Position numbers and translations under genes: made by a program
Part shown: positions 9,482 to 17,338 of the stretch, piece after piece
How the letters are laid out: every line of letters begins with the position of its first letter
How positions within the stretch are numbered: position 1 is the first letter of the stretch
Notes under the pieces: model-generated
Databases searched by the model: none
The model's input: the letters and a program-made list of their open reading frames with translations, nothing else
What the model was told of the DNA's origin: nothing
From: Candidatus Hodarchaeota archaeon
Lineage (GTDB): Archaea > Asgardarchaeota > Heimdallarchaeia > Hodarchaeales > Hodarchaeaceae
Assembly (NCBI GenBank): GCA_029856365.1
Contig: JAHQWW010000076.1
Span: 1-18,523 of the forward strand
Direction of reading: 5' to 3'
DNA: 18,523 nucleotides

Positions 9482-10287
9482 TTAAACGGGTCGGGATCAT
9501 CGGGATTGGTCATCTAGCTAGCTATCTAGTTGAAGGTTTGAGGAAAGCATCTAAAGATATTGAGATTATTCTCTCACCTCGTAATGTAGAGAAGTCAGCA
9601 AGCTTAGCTACGCAGTTTGGAGCAACAGTTGCGAAAAATAATCAAGCAGTTGTGAATGTATCTGATATAATCGTTTTAACGACTCGTCCCGAAGATACGA
9701 GAGTAGTATCTGAAAAAATTAATTTCCAACCTGACCATACAGTGATCTCTGTAGCTGTTGGTTTATCACTCGAGACATTGAAACCTTTAACAACACCAGC
9801 CACAGTGGTTCGAGCAATGCCAATATCTTGTGCTGCAATAAATCAAAGTCCAACGCTGCTATTCCCCGATAATCTTCGAGCACGAGAATTGCTAGCTCTT
9901 TTAGGCCAAGTCCATATCTTAACAGACGAATCAATATTTACCCCTGCTAGTGTGATAGGCGCATTTTATGGCTGGATCTATGCTTTGTTAAATGAAATAA
10001 TTTCTTGGACAGCACAAGCTGGAGTACCACATCAAATAGCACGAAACTTAGTTCTTGAAGCAGTACGAGGTGCAGCTAATATGGCATTAAACGAACCAAA
10101 AAAGGGATTAGACATTATGTTAAATACTCTAGCCACTCCAAGCGGTATTACTGAGCAGGGGCTCACTGTTTTACGGCAACATCAAGGAATGTCAGCCTGG
10201 ACCTTTGCCCTTAATGCTGTATATGAACATTTGAAAGAGAAAAGAAAACTAAGTTCTGTGTCAAAAAAAGAGGGAGGAGAGTATTAA
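9478..10287 (+). CDS. proC: Pyrroline-5-carboxylate reductase family protein (divergent)
   Basis: N-terminal Rossmann GIIGIGHLA, VISVAVG, VVRAMP, TPSGITEQGL; ATGA overlap with upstream B12 enzyme. Family assignment is secure, true ProC function is not. Confidence 0.75.
   Translation: MIKRVGIIGIGHLASYLVEGLRKASKDIEIILSPRNVEKSASLATQFGATVAKNNQAVVNVSDIIVLTTRPEDTRVVSEKINFQPDHTVISVAVGLSLETLKPLTTPATVVRAMPISCAAINQSPTLLFPDNLRARELLALLGQVHILTDESIFTPASVIGAFYGWIYALLNEIISWTAQAGVPHQIARNLVLEAVRGAANMALNEPKKGLDIMLNTLATPSGITEQGLTVLRQHQGMSAWTFALNAVYEHLKEKRKLSSVSKKEGGEY
10262..10281 (-). terminator. Pyrimidine/oligo-T terminator-like tract of permease gene
   Basis: Minus strand CTCTCCTCCCTCTTTTTTTG right after stop; overlaps 3' end of the ProC-like gene. 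Confidence 0.5.
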
Positions 10288-11618
10288 GTTAGGATACCCT
10301 CACGCTCGAAAACTTTCGAAGCAATGAACAGACAGATTAGAATCACTATTATTAAGTATCCAAAGTGGATAACTAAATCCATAGCAATTCCTCCACCAGG
10401 TAGACCACGTGTTAAGGCACTAGAAGCATAGGTTTGAGGATATAATCCCTTAGATAGGATAGAGATCGAATGAGCCCAAGGAATGATGTATAATATGACT
10501 CCAGCACCACCAAAAGCTCGTTCTGGGATACCCCCGAACATCCCAATAAATCCAACACCCATAGCAGGTACCATCATGAACATGTTGTACATAGACTCTG
10601 CGGAACGCACATCGTTAGTTAAACTCGCCAAGGATATGCCTATACCGATGGCGACAAATGCCGAAAGCAACATCATAGAAACGACTAAAACCAACATGAT
10701 TGGTGAAGGTTCGATTGCAAAGATGGAGGAATATTCCTCTTCGCCGATAGATCCCGCAGCAACATCAATCATTGCAGAGAATAGGAACAATCCAGCTATA
10801 TTCATTAATGCAAATATCCCAATAAGAGCCATCCCAGCAAGAAGTTTTGAGAGAAGAATGTTGAAACGAGAAATTGGTAAAGCAAGGAGTGATTCCATGG
10901 TCTTCTTCTCTCTTTCCCCAGCAAAAGACGTCGACACAAATGGCGCTGGCGCTAAGACGGCCACCATAATCGATATCATTGCAACGAATCCAAGACCATA
11001 ACTAGATGCAGCACCCTCTTCCTTTGAGAAAATAACTGGTGAGGAGGCAAAACTTACAACTTTATGATATTCGACAATATTGAATTCAGAAACTATCGAC
11101 CAAACACCAGCTTCAAGCATAGAAGATCCAATGATTCCACCTGGGAGAGAATATAACTCTACCACAGGAGGAATATCGCCCTCTGTTACATTAAAGTCCA
11201 AATATACTTGCGTGAAATTTTTGGGAATAATAATACACGGAGTATAATCACTAGCGGTTTCAGAATTGTGAATTTTCTGATATAGATCATCATAATCCAT
11301 ATTTACATACTTTATATGATTAATTTTAGCACCATGTAAAATGGAAGTATTGGTTTGTGTGGCATTCTTAAGTTTATCAAGAAATTCGTCTCCGAGATTT
11401 AGATCAAAAGTTGTATTTCCTTCATCATAATTTACAAAAAAAATGGTCACACCTTCTTGAGAAGAGCCCATAACGAAACCTAGGAGCATCTGTACGCCAC
11501 CCTGTAAACCCCACATGAAAATTGGCATTAATACAAACGTAAAAATCACATATCGCGTTCGTCGTGCACTCTGCAGCTCCTGTTTAACCAGGGCCATTAT
11601 TTGTTTAACAGTACTCAT
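10284..11618 (-). CDS. ABC-2 exporter permease, NatB-like
   Basis: N-terminal TM, extracytoplasmic loop, then SFAGEREKKTMESLLALPISR..ILLSK motif and five further TMs; GGTGA RBS upstream. Confidence 0.9.
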   Translation of the reverse strand: MSTVKQIMALVKQELQSARRTRYVIFTFVLMPIFMWGLQGGVQMLLGFVMGSSQEGVTIFFVNYDEGNTTFDLNLGDEFLDKLKNATQTNTSILHGAKINHIKYVNMDYDDLYQKIHNSETASDYTPCIIIPKNFTQVYLDFNVTEGDIPPVVELYSLPGGIIGSSMLEAGVWSIVSEFNIVEYHKVVSFASSPVIFSKEEGAASSYGLGFVAMISIMVAVLAPAPFVSTSFAGEREKKTMESLLALPISRFNILLSKLLAGMALIGIFALMNIAGLFLFSAMIDVAAGSIGEEEYSSIFAIEPSPIMLVLVVSMMLLSAFVAIGIGISLASLTNDVRSAESMYNMFMMVPAMGVGFIGMFGGIPERAFGGAGVILYIIPWAHSISILSKGLYPQTYASSALTRGLPGGGIAMDLVIHFGYLIIVILICLFIASKVFEREGILT

Positions 11619-11622
11619 TTCA

Positions 11623-12444
11623 TCACCTTCGTCTTAAAATGCGAGAAATAAATCCCCGCCTCTTCTTTGTAGTCAAATCCTCCTCTAAAACACCTTCTCC
11701 AGTTGTAAGGCCAATGAAAACATCTTCAAGGTGAGCTCGTGTAAATTGTTGTTCAAGTTCGTCAGGACTACCAATCGCAGCGAGTTTTCCTTTAACTAAA
11801 ATCCCAACACGATCACAAAGCTCTTCAACTTCTGATAGATCATGAGTAGTTAGGATAACTGTCTTATTTAGTTCCTTAGCTAATCTCTTGATTAAATTCC
11901 GGACTGTACGTGCCCCAAGTATATCAATACCTGTGGTAGGTTCGTCTAGGAAAATCAAATCTGGATCCATCACTAAAGCGCGTGCAACAAGAACTTTCCG
12001 TTTCATTCCTCCTGAAAATTCCTTGGTGATATCGTTTTCCCGACCTCGAAGACCAATCATGTCAATTAATTCTTCAGTGCGTCTACGAACTTCTCCATTA
12101 GGCACATTACCATAGATTTGGCCGTAATACATGATGTTCTCTTTAGCAGTCAAATTTTCATAAACATCTGCCTCTTGAGGCAGAAGACTTGCTTTTTTTC
12201 TGATCTCCATAATGTCTTTGTTAATATCAAATGGACCAAGACCGTTGTATTGAATACGGGCGGTTCCAGATGTTGGTTTAATCAGCCCAATTAACAAGCG
12301 AATGAGGGTAGTTTTTCCCGCCCCGTTTGGACCTAATAAACCAAATACTTCTCCTCGTTGAATTGTAAGAGAAACATTATCGAGCGCCACATTGTCTTTA
12401 AATCGTTTAGTTAAATTCTCGATTTCAATGATATTCAATAACAT
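11623..12444 (-). CDS. ABC-2 exporter ATP-binding protein, NatA/DrrA-like
   Basis: GPNGAGKTT, FSGGMKRK, FLDEPTTG, TTH motifs. Confidence 0.95.
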   Translation of the reverse strand: MLLNIIEIENLTKRFKDNVALDNVSLTIQRGEVFGLLGPNGAGKTTLIRLLIGLIKPTSGTARIQYNGLGPFDINKDIMEIRKKASLLPQEADVYENLTAKENIMYYGQIYGNVPNGEVRRRTEELIDMIGLRGRENDITKEFSGGMKRKVLVARALVMDPDLIFLDEPTTGIDILGARTVRNLIKRLAKELNKTVILTTHDLSEVEELCDRVGILVKGKLAAIGSPDELEQQFTRAHLEDVFIGLTTGEGVLEEDLTTKKRRGFISRILRRR

Positions 12445-12560
12445 CTCACCATAGACTATCTTTTGTGATATTGTAAATCATTTTTAAAGTAATTTTTGGC
12501 GGAAGCATAAGATTTATATTATAGCAAGTTCTTATATTTCGCCTTGACCTGTTTCTTTCA

Positions 12561-12579
12561 CAGAAAAAGAGAGAGGGAA
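12561..12579 (-). terminator. Pyrimidine/oligo-T terminator-like tract
   Basis: Minus strand TTCCCTCTCTCTTTTTCTG immediately after the stop of the last PH gene. Confidence 0.55.
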
Positions 12580-13245
12580 TCATTCTGAAAGTATCCTTTT
12601 AATTTCCCTCAATTCAGCTAGCATTTCTCCGTGAAATCCTTGCCTTGAGGTTAAAGAGGAAGGCAGAGACTCAAGTTCTGTTGTAGTCGCGTATTGTCCA
12701 CGAAACTGACGAAGCATGTCTAAAATGAGATCCCTGACTTCAATGAAGTTACTAATTCCCTCAATCTTGGCTTCAGGACCCATTTGTTGGCCTGATTTCC
12801 CTGCAGTTTCAATTTCACAGGTACCGATTTGAAAAATCCTGTCATAAATTCCATAACGAGAGCTGACATTCGTGATTGTACGAAATGGAATGTGTTTCAC
12901 CTCTTTATTGAGAACCCCTTTTTTTACAATTACCTCATTGTCCAGAATAACAAATTCCATTGTCCGTACGTAATAATCCACCAAGATGATAAGAATTGGA
13001 ATAAGTCCCAACCATATCACGAAATACACAAAAACAAGGACTGGCCATGAACTTGAAATCCAGCGTCCAAAACCATCCCCAGAGGGATCACTGTCAAATC
13101 CACTCATAAATGCTATGAATGAACCGAAACCAAATATTGCTGCTGTAATTCCTATGAAAGCGGTCAATATGTACAGAATAAACTTATTCCGTAAAGCAAT
13201 AAGTGGATAGAAGGGTTTTCCTTTCACGATTTCTTCCCAATACAT
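12580..13245 (-). CDS. Membrane protein with bacterial PH domain (bPH_2/YdbS-like), paralog 3
   Basis: Two TMs then VIVKKG..KHIPFRTITNV..DRIFQIGTCEIETAG; the ORF-track GTG (13254) lies in the GGTGA RBS, ATG 13245 is the likelier start. Confidence 0.85.
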   Translation of the reverse strand: MYWEEIVKGKPFYPLIALRNKFILYILTAFIGITAAIFGFGSFIAFMSGFDSDPSGDGFGRWISSSWPVLVFVYFVIWLGLIPILIILVDYYVRTMEFVILDNEVIVKKGVLNKEVKHIPFRTITNVSSRYGIYDRIFQIGTCEIETAGKSGQQMGPEAKIEGISNFIEVRDLILDMLRQFRGQYATTTELESLPSSLTSRQGFHGEMLAELREIKRILSE

Positions 13246-13250
13246 TTTTA

Positions 13251-13937
13251 TCACCGATTATTTTGACTTTTTTTTGAGAGGATCTCTTTAATCTCTCGTA
13301 GTTCATCAAGTAACTCTTTCTGAAGGATGAAATCTCCCATTGATTCTTCATACTGAGAGGGTTGTTCGAGTTCGGTCGTAGTGGCATATTGTCCGCGAAA
13401 TCTACGAAGTTCCGTCAAAACAACATCCCTCACTTCACTGAAATTTCGAATTCCTTCAATTTTTTCTTCGGGACCTGTTTGTTGTCCTGATTTCCCAGCT
13501 GTCTCTATTTCGCATGTCCCAATACCTAATATTCGGTCATAAATTCCATATCGTGACGAAACATTTGTAATAGTTCTAAAAGGAACATGCTTAATGGTTT
13601 TGTTGATGAGTCCTTTCTTAACTATGACTTCCGTGTCTTCAATGGTATATTCTATATTTCGTACATAATAGACCACTAAGATAGCTGTAAAAAGCATTAT
13701 AATCACACTGATGATTAAATACAAAGATATGAGATCCTGACTATATTCTGCCAACCATTTCCCGAAATCATCAGAAGGATCATCGTCTAAACTTACAAAA
13801 AATATAATTATTCCTCCAAGAGTAACAATAGCTCCAGTCACAATAATGAAGGTCGTTATAATATACAGGAATAGCTTATTCCTGAACGCAGAAACAGGAT
13901 AAAACGGTTTTCCTGTTTGATTTGTGTTCATAGTCAT
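13251..13937 (-). CDS. Membrane protein with bacterial PH domain (bPH_2/YdbS-like), paralog 2
   Basis: Two TMs then VIVKKG..KHVPFRTITNV..DRILGIGTCEIETAG; GGTGA RBS upstream. Confidence 0.85.
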   Translation of the reverse strand: MTMNTNQTGKPFYPVSAFRNKLFLYIITTFIIVTGAIVTLGGIIIFFVSLDDDPSDDFGKWLAEYSQDLISLYLIISVIIMLFTAILVVYYVRNIEYTIEDTEVIVKKGLINKTIKHVPFRTITNVSSRYGIYDRILGIGTCEIETAGKSGQQTGPEEKIEGIRNFSEVRDVVLTELRRFRGQYATTTELEQPSQYEESMGDFILQKELLDELREIKEILSKKSQNNR

Positions 13938-13948
13938 TTTTTTATCAC

Positions 13949-14617
13949 CTAAGTCTTTTTTTGTTTAAATAATCGCTTTATTTCTCTCAATTCATTGATC
14001 ATCTCCCTCTGTACTGTCAACAGATCAGTTTCCTTATGAGAAGGAACCTCACCTCCTAAGATACTCCTATGATAGATTCGAAGTTGTCTTAGGATATAAT
14101 CACGGATCTCGTGGTATAGTGGTAAACCTTCTAACTTTTCCTCGGGACCAGTTGCTCCCCCTTTACCTGCAGTTTGGATAAAAACATTACCAATTCCAAA
14201 AAGTCGGTCAAACGGTCCAGCTCGGGTAGAGATGTTGGTAACAGTTCGATAGGGGCAATACTTGACAGTTTTGTTAATTAAGCCTTTTTTAACAATTACT
14301 TCATTACCATGCACAATAAACTCCATTCTCCTCACGTACAATGGTAATAGAATTACGGAAGGGACTATAATAGTAATACTGGCCCCCCAATAAAATATTG
14401 TAAATATATTCTGAAAATTTGTAGGTTTGGGTTCATCTGCAACGAACTGTATAAACCACCATAATGATATAAAGCCTATACTAAAAGCAGCCCAAACAAA
14501 AAATACAGTGAGATAATATTTCCAGAGAAGGGCTCGTGTTGGATAGATTCGTCTGGCTTCGGGTGTTGGGAATGTTCCTTCTCCTTTCTCAGGTTTGATT
14601 ATTGTTACTCGTGTCAT
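13949..14617 (-). CDS. Membrane protein with bacterial PH domain (bPH_2/YdbS-like), paralog 1
   Basis: Two TMs then VIVKKG..PYRTVTNI..GPFDRLFGIGNVFIQTAG; GTG 14629 lies in GGTGA RBS, ATG 14617 likelier start. Confidence 0.85.
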   Translation of the reverse strand: MTRVTIIKPEKGEGTFPTPEARRIYPTRALLWKYYLTVFFVWAAFSIGFISLWWFIQFVADEPKPTNFQNIFTIFYWGASITIIVPSVILLPLYVRRMEFIVHGNEVIVKKGLINKTVKYCPYRTVTNISTRAGPFDRLFGIGNVFIQTAGKGGATGPEEKLEGLPLYHEIRDYILRQLRIYHRSILGGEVPSHKETDLLTVQREMINELREIKRLFKQKKT

Positions 14618-14630
14618 TTTTGTCTTCACC

Positions 14631-15089
14631 TTATTTCTGTATTTCTCCTATAACTATTTCAAATTGGTCTAGAAGCGGTAATTGTTGTTCATTTGATGTC
14701 AACTTAATTTTTCGTTCCCGGCAGATAAGATCAATAATTGTTTGATTGCGTTTTCGACATTCGTCTGTTATACAATCATGTTTCCACCAAGCAATTATCC
14801 CTTTTTACACAGTGAATATAAGGTAAACTTTAGTATTGTGAACCCAGTCAAATCCAATCAGTAACCCCGTATCAGATGGAATATTAGCCAGATCAAGATC
14901 TAGCCGAAGACTGCTAGCAATTTTACGAAGTTCGCGCTCAATCTTCTTACGAATAACAAATTTAGTTTTACGGATATAGGATGGTTGTTTATTCAATTTT
15001 TCAGCGATCTCTTGAGCACTAAGCTGTTGATTAACAAGATTGAAAATAGCTAACTCATTTTCAGTCAAGATCTGATCCTTTTTATCCAT
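14631..15089 (-). pseudogene. HTH transcriptional regulator (LuxR/sigma-r4-like N-terminus) interrupted by in-frame TAA at 14805-14807
   Basis: LTENELAIFNL..SAQEIAEKLNK HTH; frame continues 57 codons past the TAA (KGIIAWWKHDCITDECRKR...GEIQK*) and ends exactly at the RBS of the next gene. Confidence 0.75.
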
Positions 15090-15127
15090 CACGCAGCTCA
15101 ACTCTGTTACTAACTTTGAGTATTTTC

Positions 15128-15170
15128 GTTACCGTTTCTGGGTAACATATTACTACTTATGATTTAAAAA
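15128..15170 (-). promoter_or_regulatory. Archaeal promoter (TTTTTAAA box 15163-15170) with palindromic operator GTTACC-N7-GGTAAC (15128-15146)
   Basis: Palindrome lies 17-35 bp downstream of the TATA-like box, over the expected transcription start of the HTH/PH operon. Confidence 0.55.
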
Positions 15171-15380
15171 GCCTTCCATCGAGGAAATAATTAAACAAAA
15201 CCTATGTTATATTTACAGCCTTTTTATGGAAATTTTCGTCAATGTACTGTGGACAATTTAAAAAAAATTAGATGATTATGTATCCTAGTGGTAAAAACAA
15301 ACGCAAACATCCATAAACCTAGAAATAAAATTTATTATTCTAAAGGAATAATATTCCTTAGGAAGAATAGGTCATTAATC

Positions 15381-16406
15381 ATGGGTAAGCAAAACGAAAT
15401 TACAGAACCCTCTGATGTGTTCAATGAAGATGGTTCTTTAATTCAACATGGTTGGTCGAGAAAACCCATATTAAAATATAATAAGGAAAATATTGGAAAA
15501 AGATGGACACGTATCAAGGAATGGGATCATTTTTCGATACTGAACAGACAATTCGGGTTCCAACTAACAATAGGTGACATTGGATATCTCACTCAGATGA
15601 GTTATGTGTGGCTTGATTTCGAGAATGAGAAGAGGCATGATAAAGCAACCATGAAATTCTTTACAAAATCGAAATTATTGCCTTTAAGTTCACTTGAAGA
15701 CAGTCTAATTGAGTTTCCAACTAAAAAATTTAATGCCACAATTATTAAAGAAAAAGAAAAGAGAATTTTAACCATTGGCGATCCTTCATTCCAGAAAAAA
15801 GGAATCAAAGGAACAATCATACTCACTGATGACCCCAAGATGGACAACACGGTTGTAGTAACTGGATATAAGGAAGATCCAAGACTATTTTACTATAACC
15901 ACAAGATAAACTATATGCCAGCAGAAGGATCGATTGAAATTGGCAAAGAAAAATATATGTTTGAACCTGACTCGTCATTTGGACTAATGGACTGGGGTCG
16001 TGGAATTTGGCCATATAGAACTCATTGGATGTGGGGATCCGCCTGTGGAACCGTTGACAGTGTACCAGTAGCTTTCAATATCGGCTATGGTTTTGGAGAT
16101 CTATCTACACACACTGAAAATATTGTTTTTTATGATGGTAAAGCCCATAAAATCGATGAGGTCACGTTTTATCATGAAAATCGAGACCCAACTAAACCTT
16201 GGATATTTACAAGTAATGATGATAGATTCAATATAGTATTGACCCCACTTATCACTCACCGAGAGAAACTCAATTATGGATTAATTTCTCTAAATTCTTC
16301 GTTACTTCATGGATTATATTCTGGTGAAGTCATTCTGGATACTGGAGAAATAATTCATATTGAAGAAATGCTTGGTCATGCGGAGGATATTTACTGACGA
16401 TGGTAA
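15381..16406 (+). CDS. DUF2804 family protein; in-frame TGA at 16395-16397 two codons before terminal RW*
   Basis: GWSR, RIKEWD, DIGY, FYYNHKIN, DWGRGIWPYRTHWMW, FNIGYGFGD..TEN motifs. ATG 15381 preferred over GTG 15288. Sequence reads HAEDIY-TGA-CGA-TGG-TAA. Confidence 0.8.
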
Positions 16407-16468
16407 TTAGCGATTGGAACATCTTTAATTTCAGCTTCATTTGAAGTAATTGAATGATTTATTTCGAT

Positions 16469-16843
16469 TCAAGACTTTATTTTCGCAATTTCTTTCTGAA
16501 TCTCTTGTATCAGCTTATCATATGGGCATAGAAGGCATAAATCAATGTTTTCTATCTCCTTAAGATCATCAATATTGAACTGTGTCCCTGTATCGACTAA
16601 TTGTGGTAATCCTGTTGGAACATACACAATACCTTTCCGGATAAGACGAAAAATTTCCTTCAAAATACCTTTTTTTTCCTTCAGAGTACGAATTCCTAGC
16701 AAATTCATAATGAAGCGCAGGTTTTGAGTATCAGTTTCTTTAAAGGATAATAGAATGAGAGCCCGATCGGCTAACTGATTCATTTCTACTTCTGTTATCA
16801 CTAGCTCGTTATGTGGTATTTTCTCTGGATTCATCGTGTTCAC
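16469..16843 (-). CDS. Hypothetical protein (possible winged-helix fold)
   Basis: 124-aa ORF filling the space, AT-rich promoter-like region upstream; IFRLIRKGIVY resembles a wHTH recognition helix/wing; no firm family. Confidence 0.55.
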   Translation of the reverse strand: MNTMNPEKIPHNELVITEVEMNQLADRALILLSFKETDTQNLRFIMNLLGIRTLKEKKGILKEIFRLIRKGIVYVPTGLPQLVDTGTQFNIDDLKEIENIDLCLLCPYDKLIQEIQKEIAKIKS

Positions 16844-17050
16844 AAATTCTTCAAATCACTTTAATAATACCAATCTTCAAATAATAATATTCTATTCCGT
16901 CTTCAAAGCATAATAAACTTTTTTGAAAAATTTTTTAAACACTCTGGTATAGGCCTTATATGCGTTACCAAAAAGGCCTTAAGATACTTCAACTTAAAAA
17001 TATATCATTAAAATGTTATTAAAAAGCAAAATGGAAATTATTTTTCCCTT

Positions 17051-17338
17051 TTAGATTGGAAGGAAACCATTAACGGCTTCTTTTGGCAATTAAGTGATAA
17101 TTTGTCCTTTATCATCTATAATGACGGTTTTTCTGTATTTGTATTCATAAGGGGGATTATCAGGATAATAAGTGAATTCAGTTTCTACAATGAGTATATA
17201 AACATATGTTATTCTCCACCCGTCCCTTGTACCTGTTTGTACTCTTTCAGGCTTGTTGATATTAACAATTTCATAACTGACATATCCTGAATGACCGCTG
17301 CCACCGACCTGTTCACCAATGTTCTCATCTTGACGGAT
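17051..17338 (-). pseudogene. 5'-truncated hypothetical gene (no start codon; not in ORF track), with in-frame TAA at 17090-17092
   Basis: 82 open codons IRQDENIGEQVGGSGHSGYVSYEI...VETEFTYYPDNPPYEYKYRKTVIIDDKGQIIT* then LPKEAVNGFLPI*; protein-like composition; 5' end abuts the ppdK fragment. Confidence 0.65.

Noticed and set aside
16395-16468. Selenocysteine at the DUF2804 TGA
   Set aside because: No redox-Cys context and no convincing SECIS in the short 3' region, only a tiny CTTCA/TGAAG hairpin.
16951-16981. Direct repeat AGGCCTTA x2
   Set aside because: Only 8 bp, two copies; no array or clear regulatory geometry.
17102-17335. Plus-strand ORF 17102-17290 and the MTAATDLFTNVLILT leader of ORF 17291
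   Set aside because: Both are antisense readings of the minus-strand gene fragment; not PPDK sequence.
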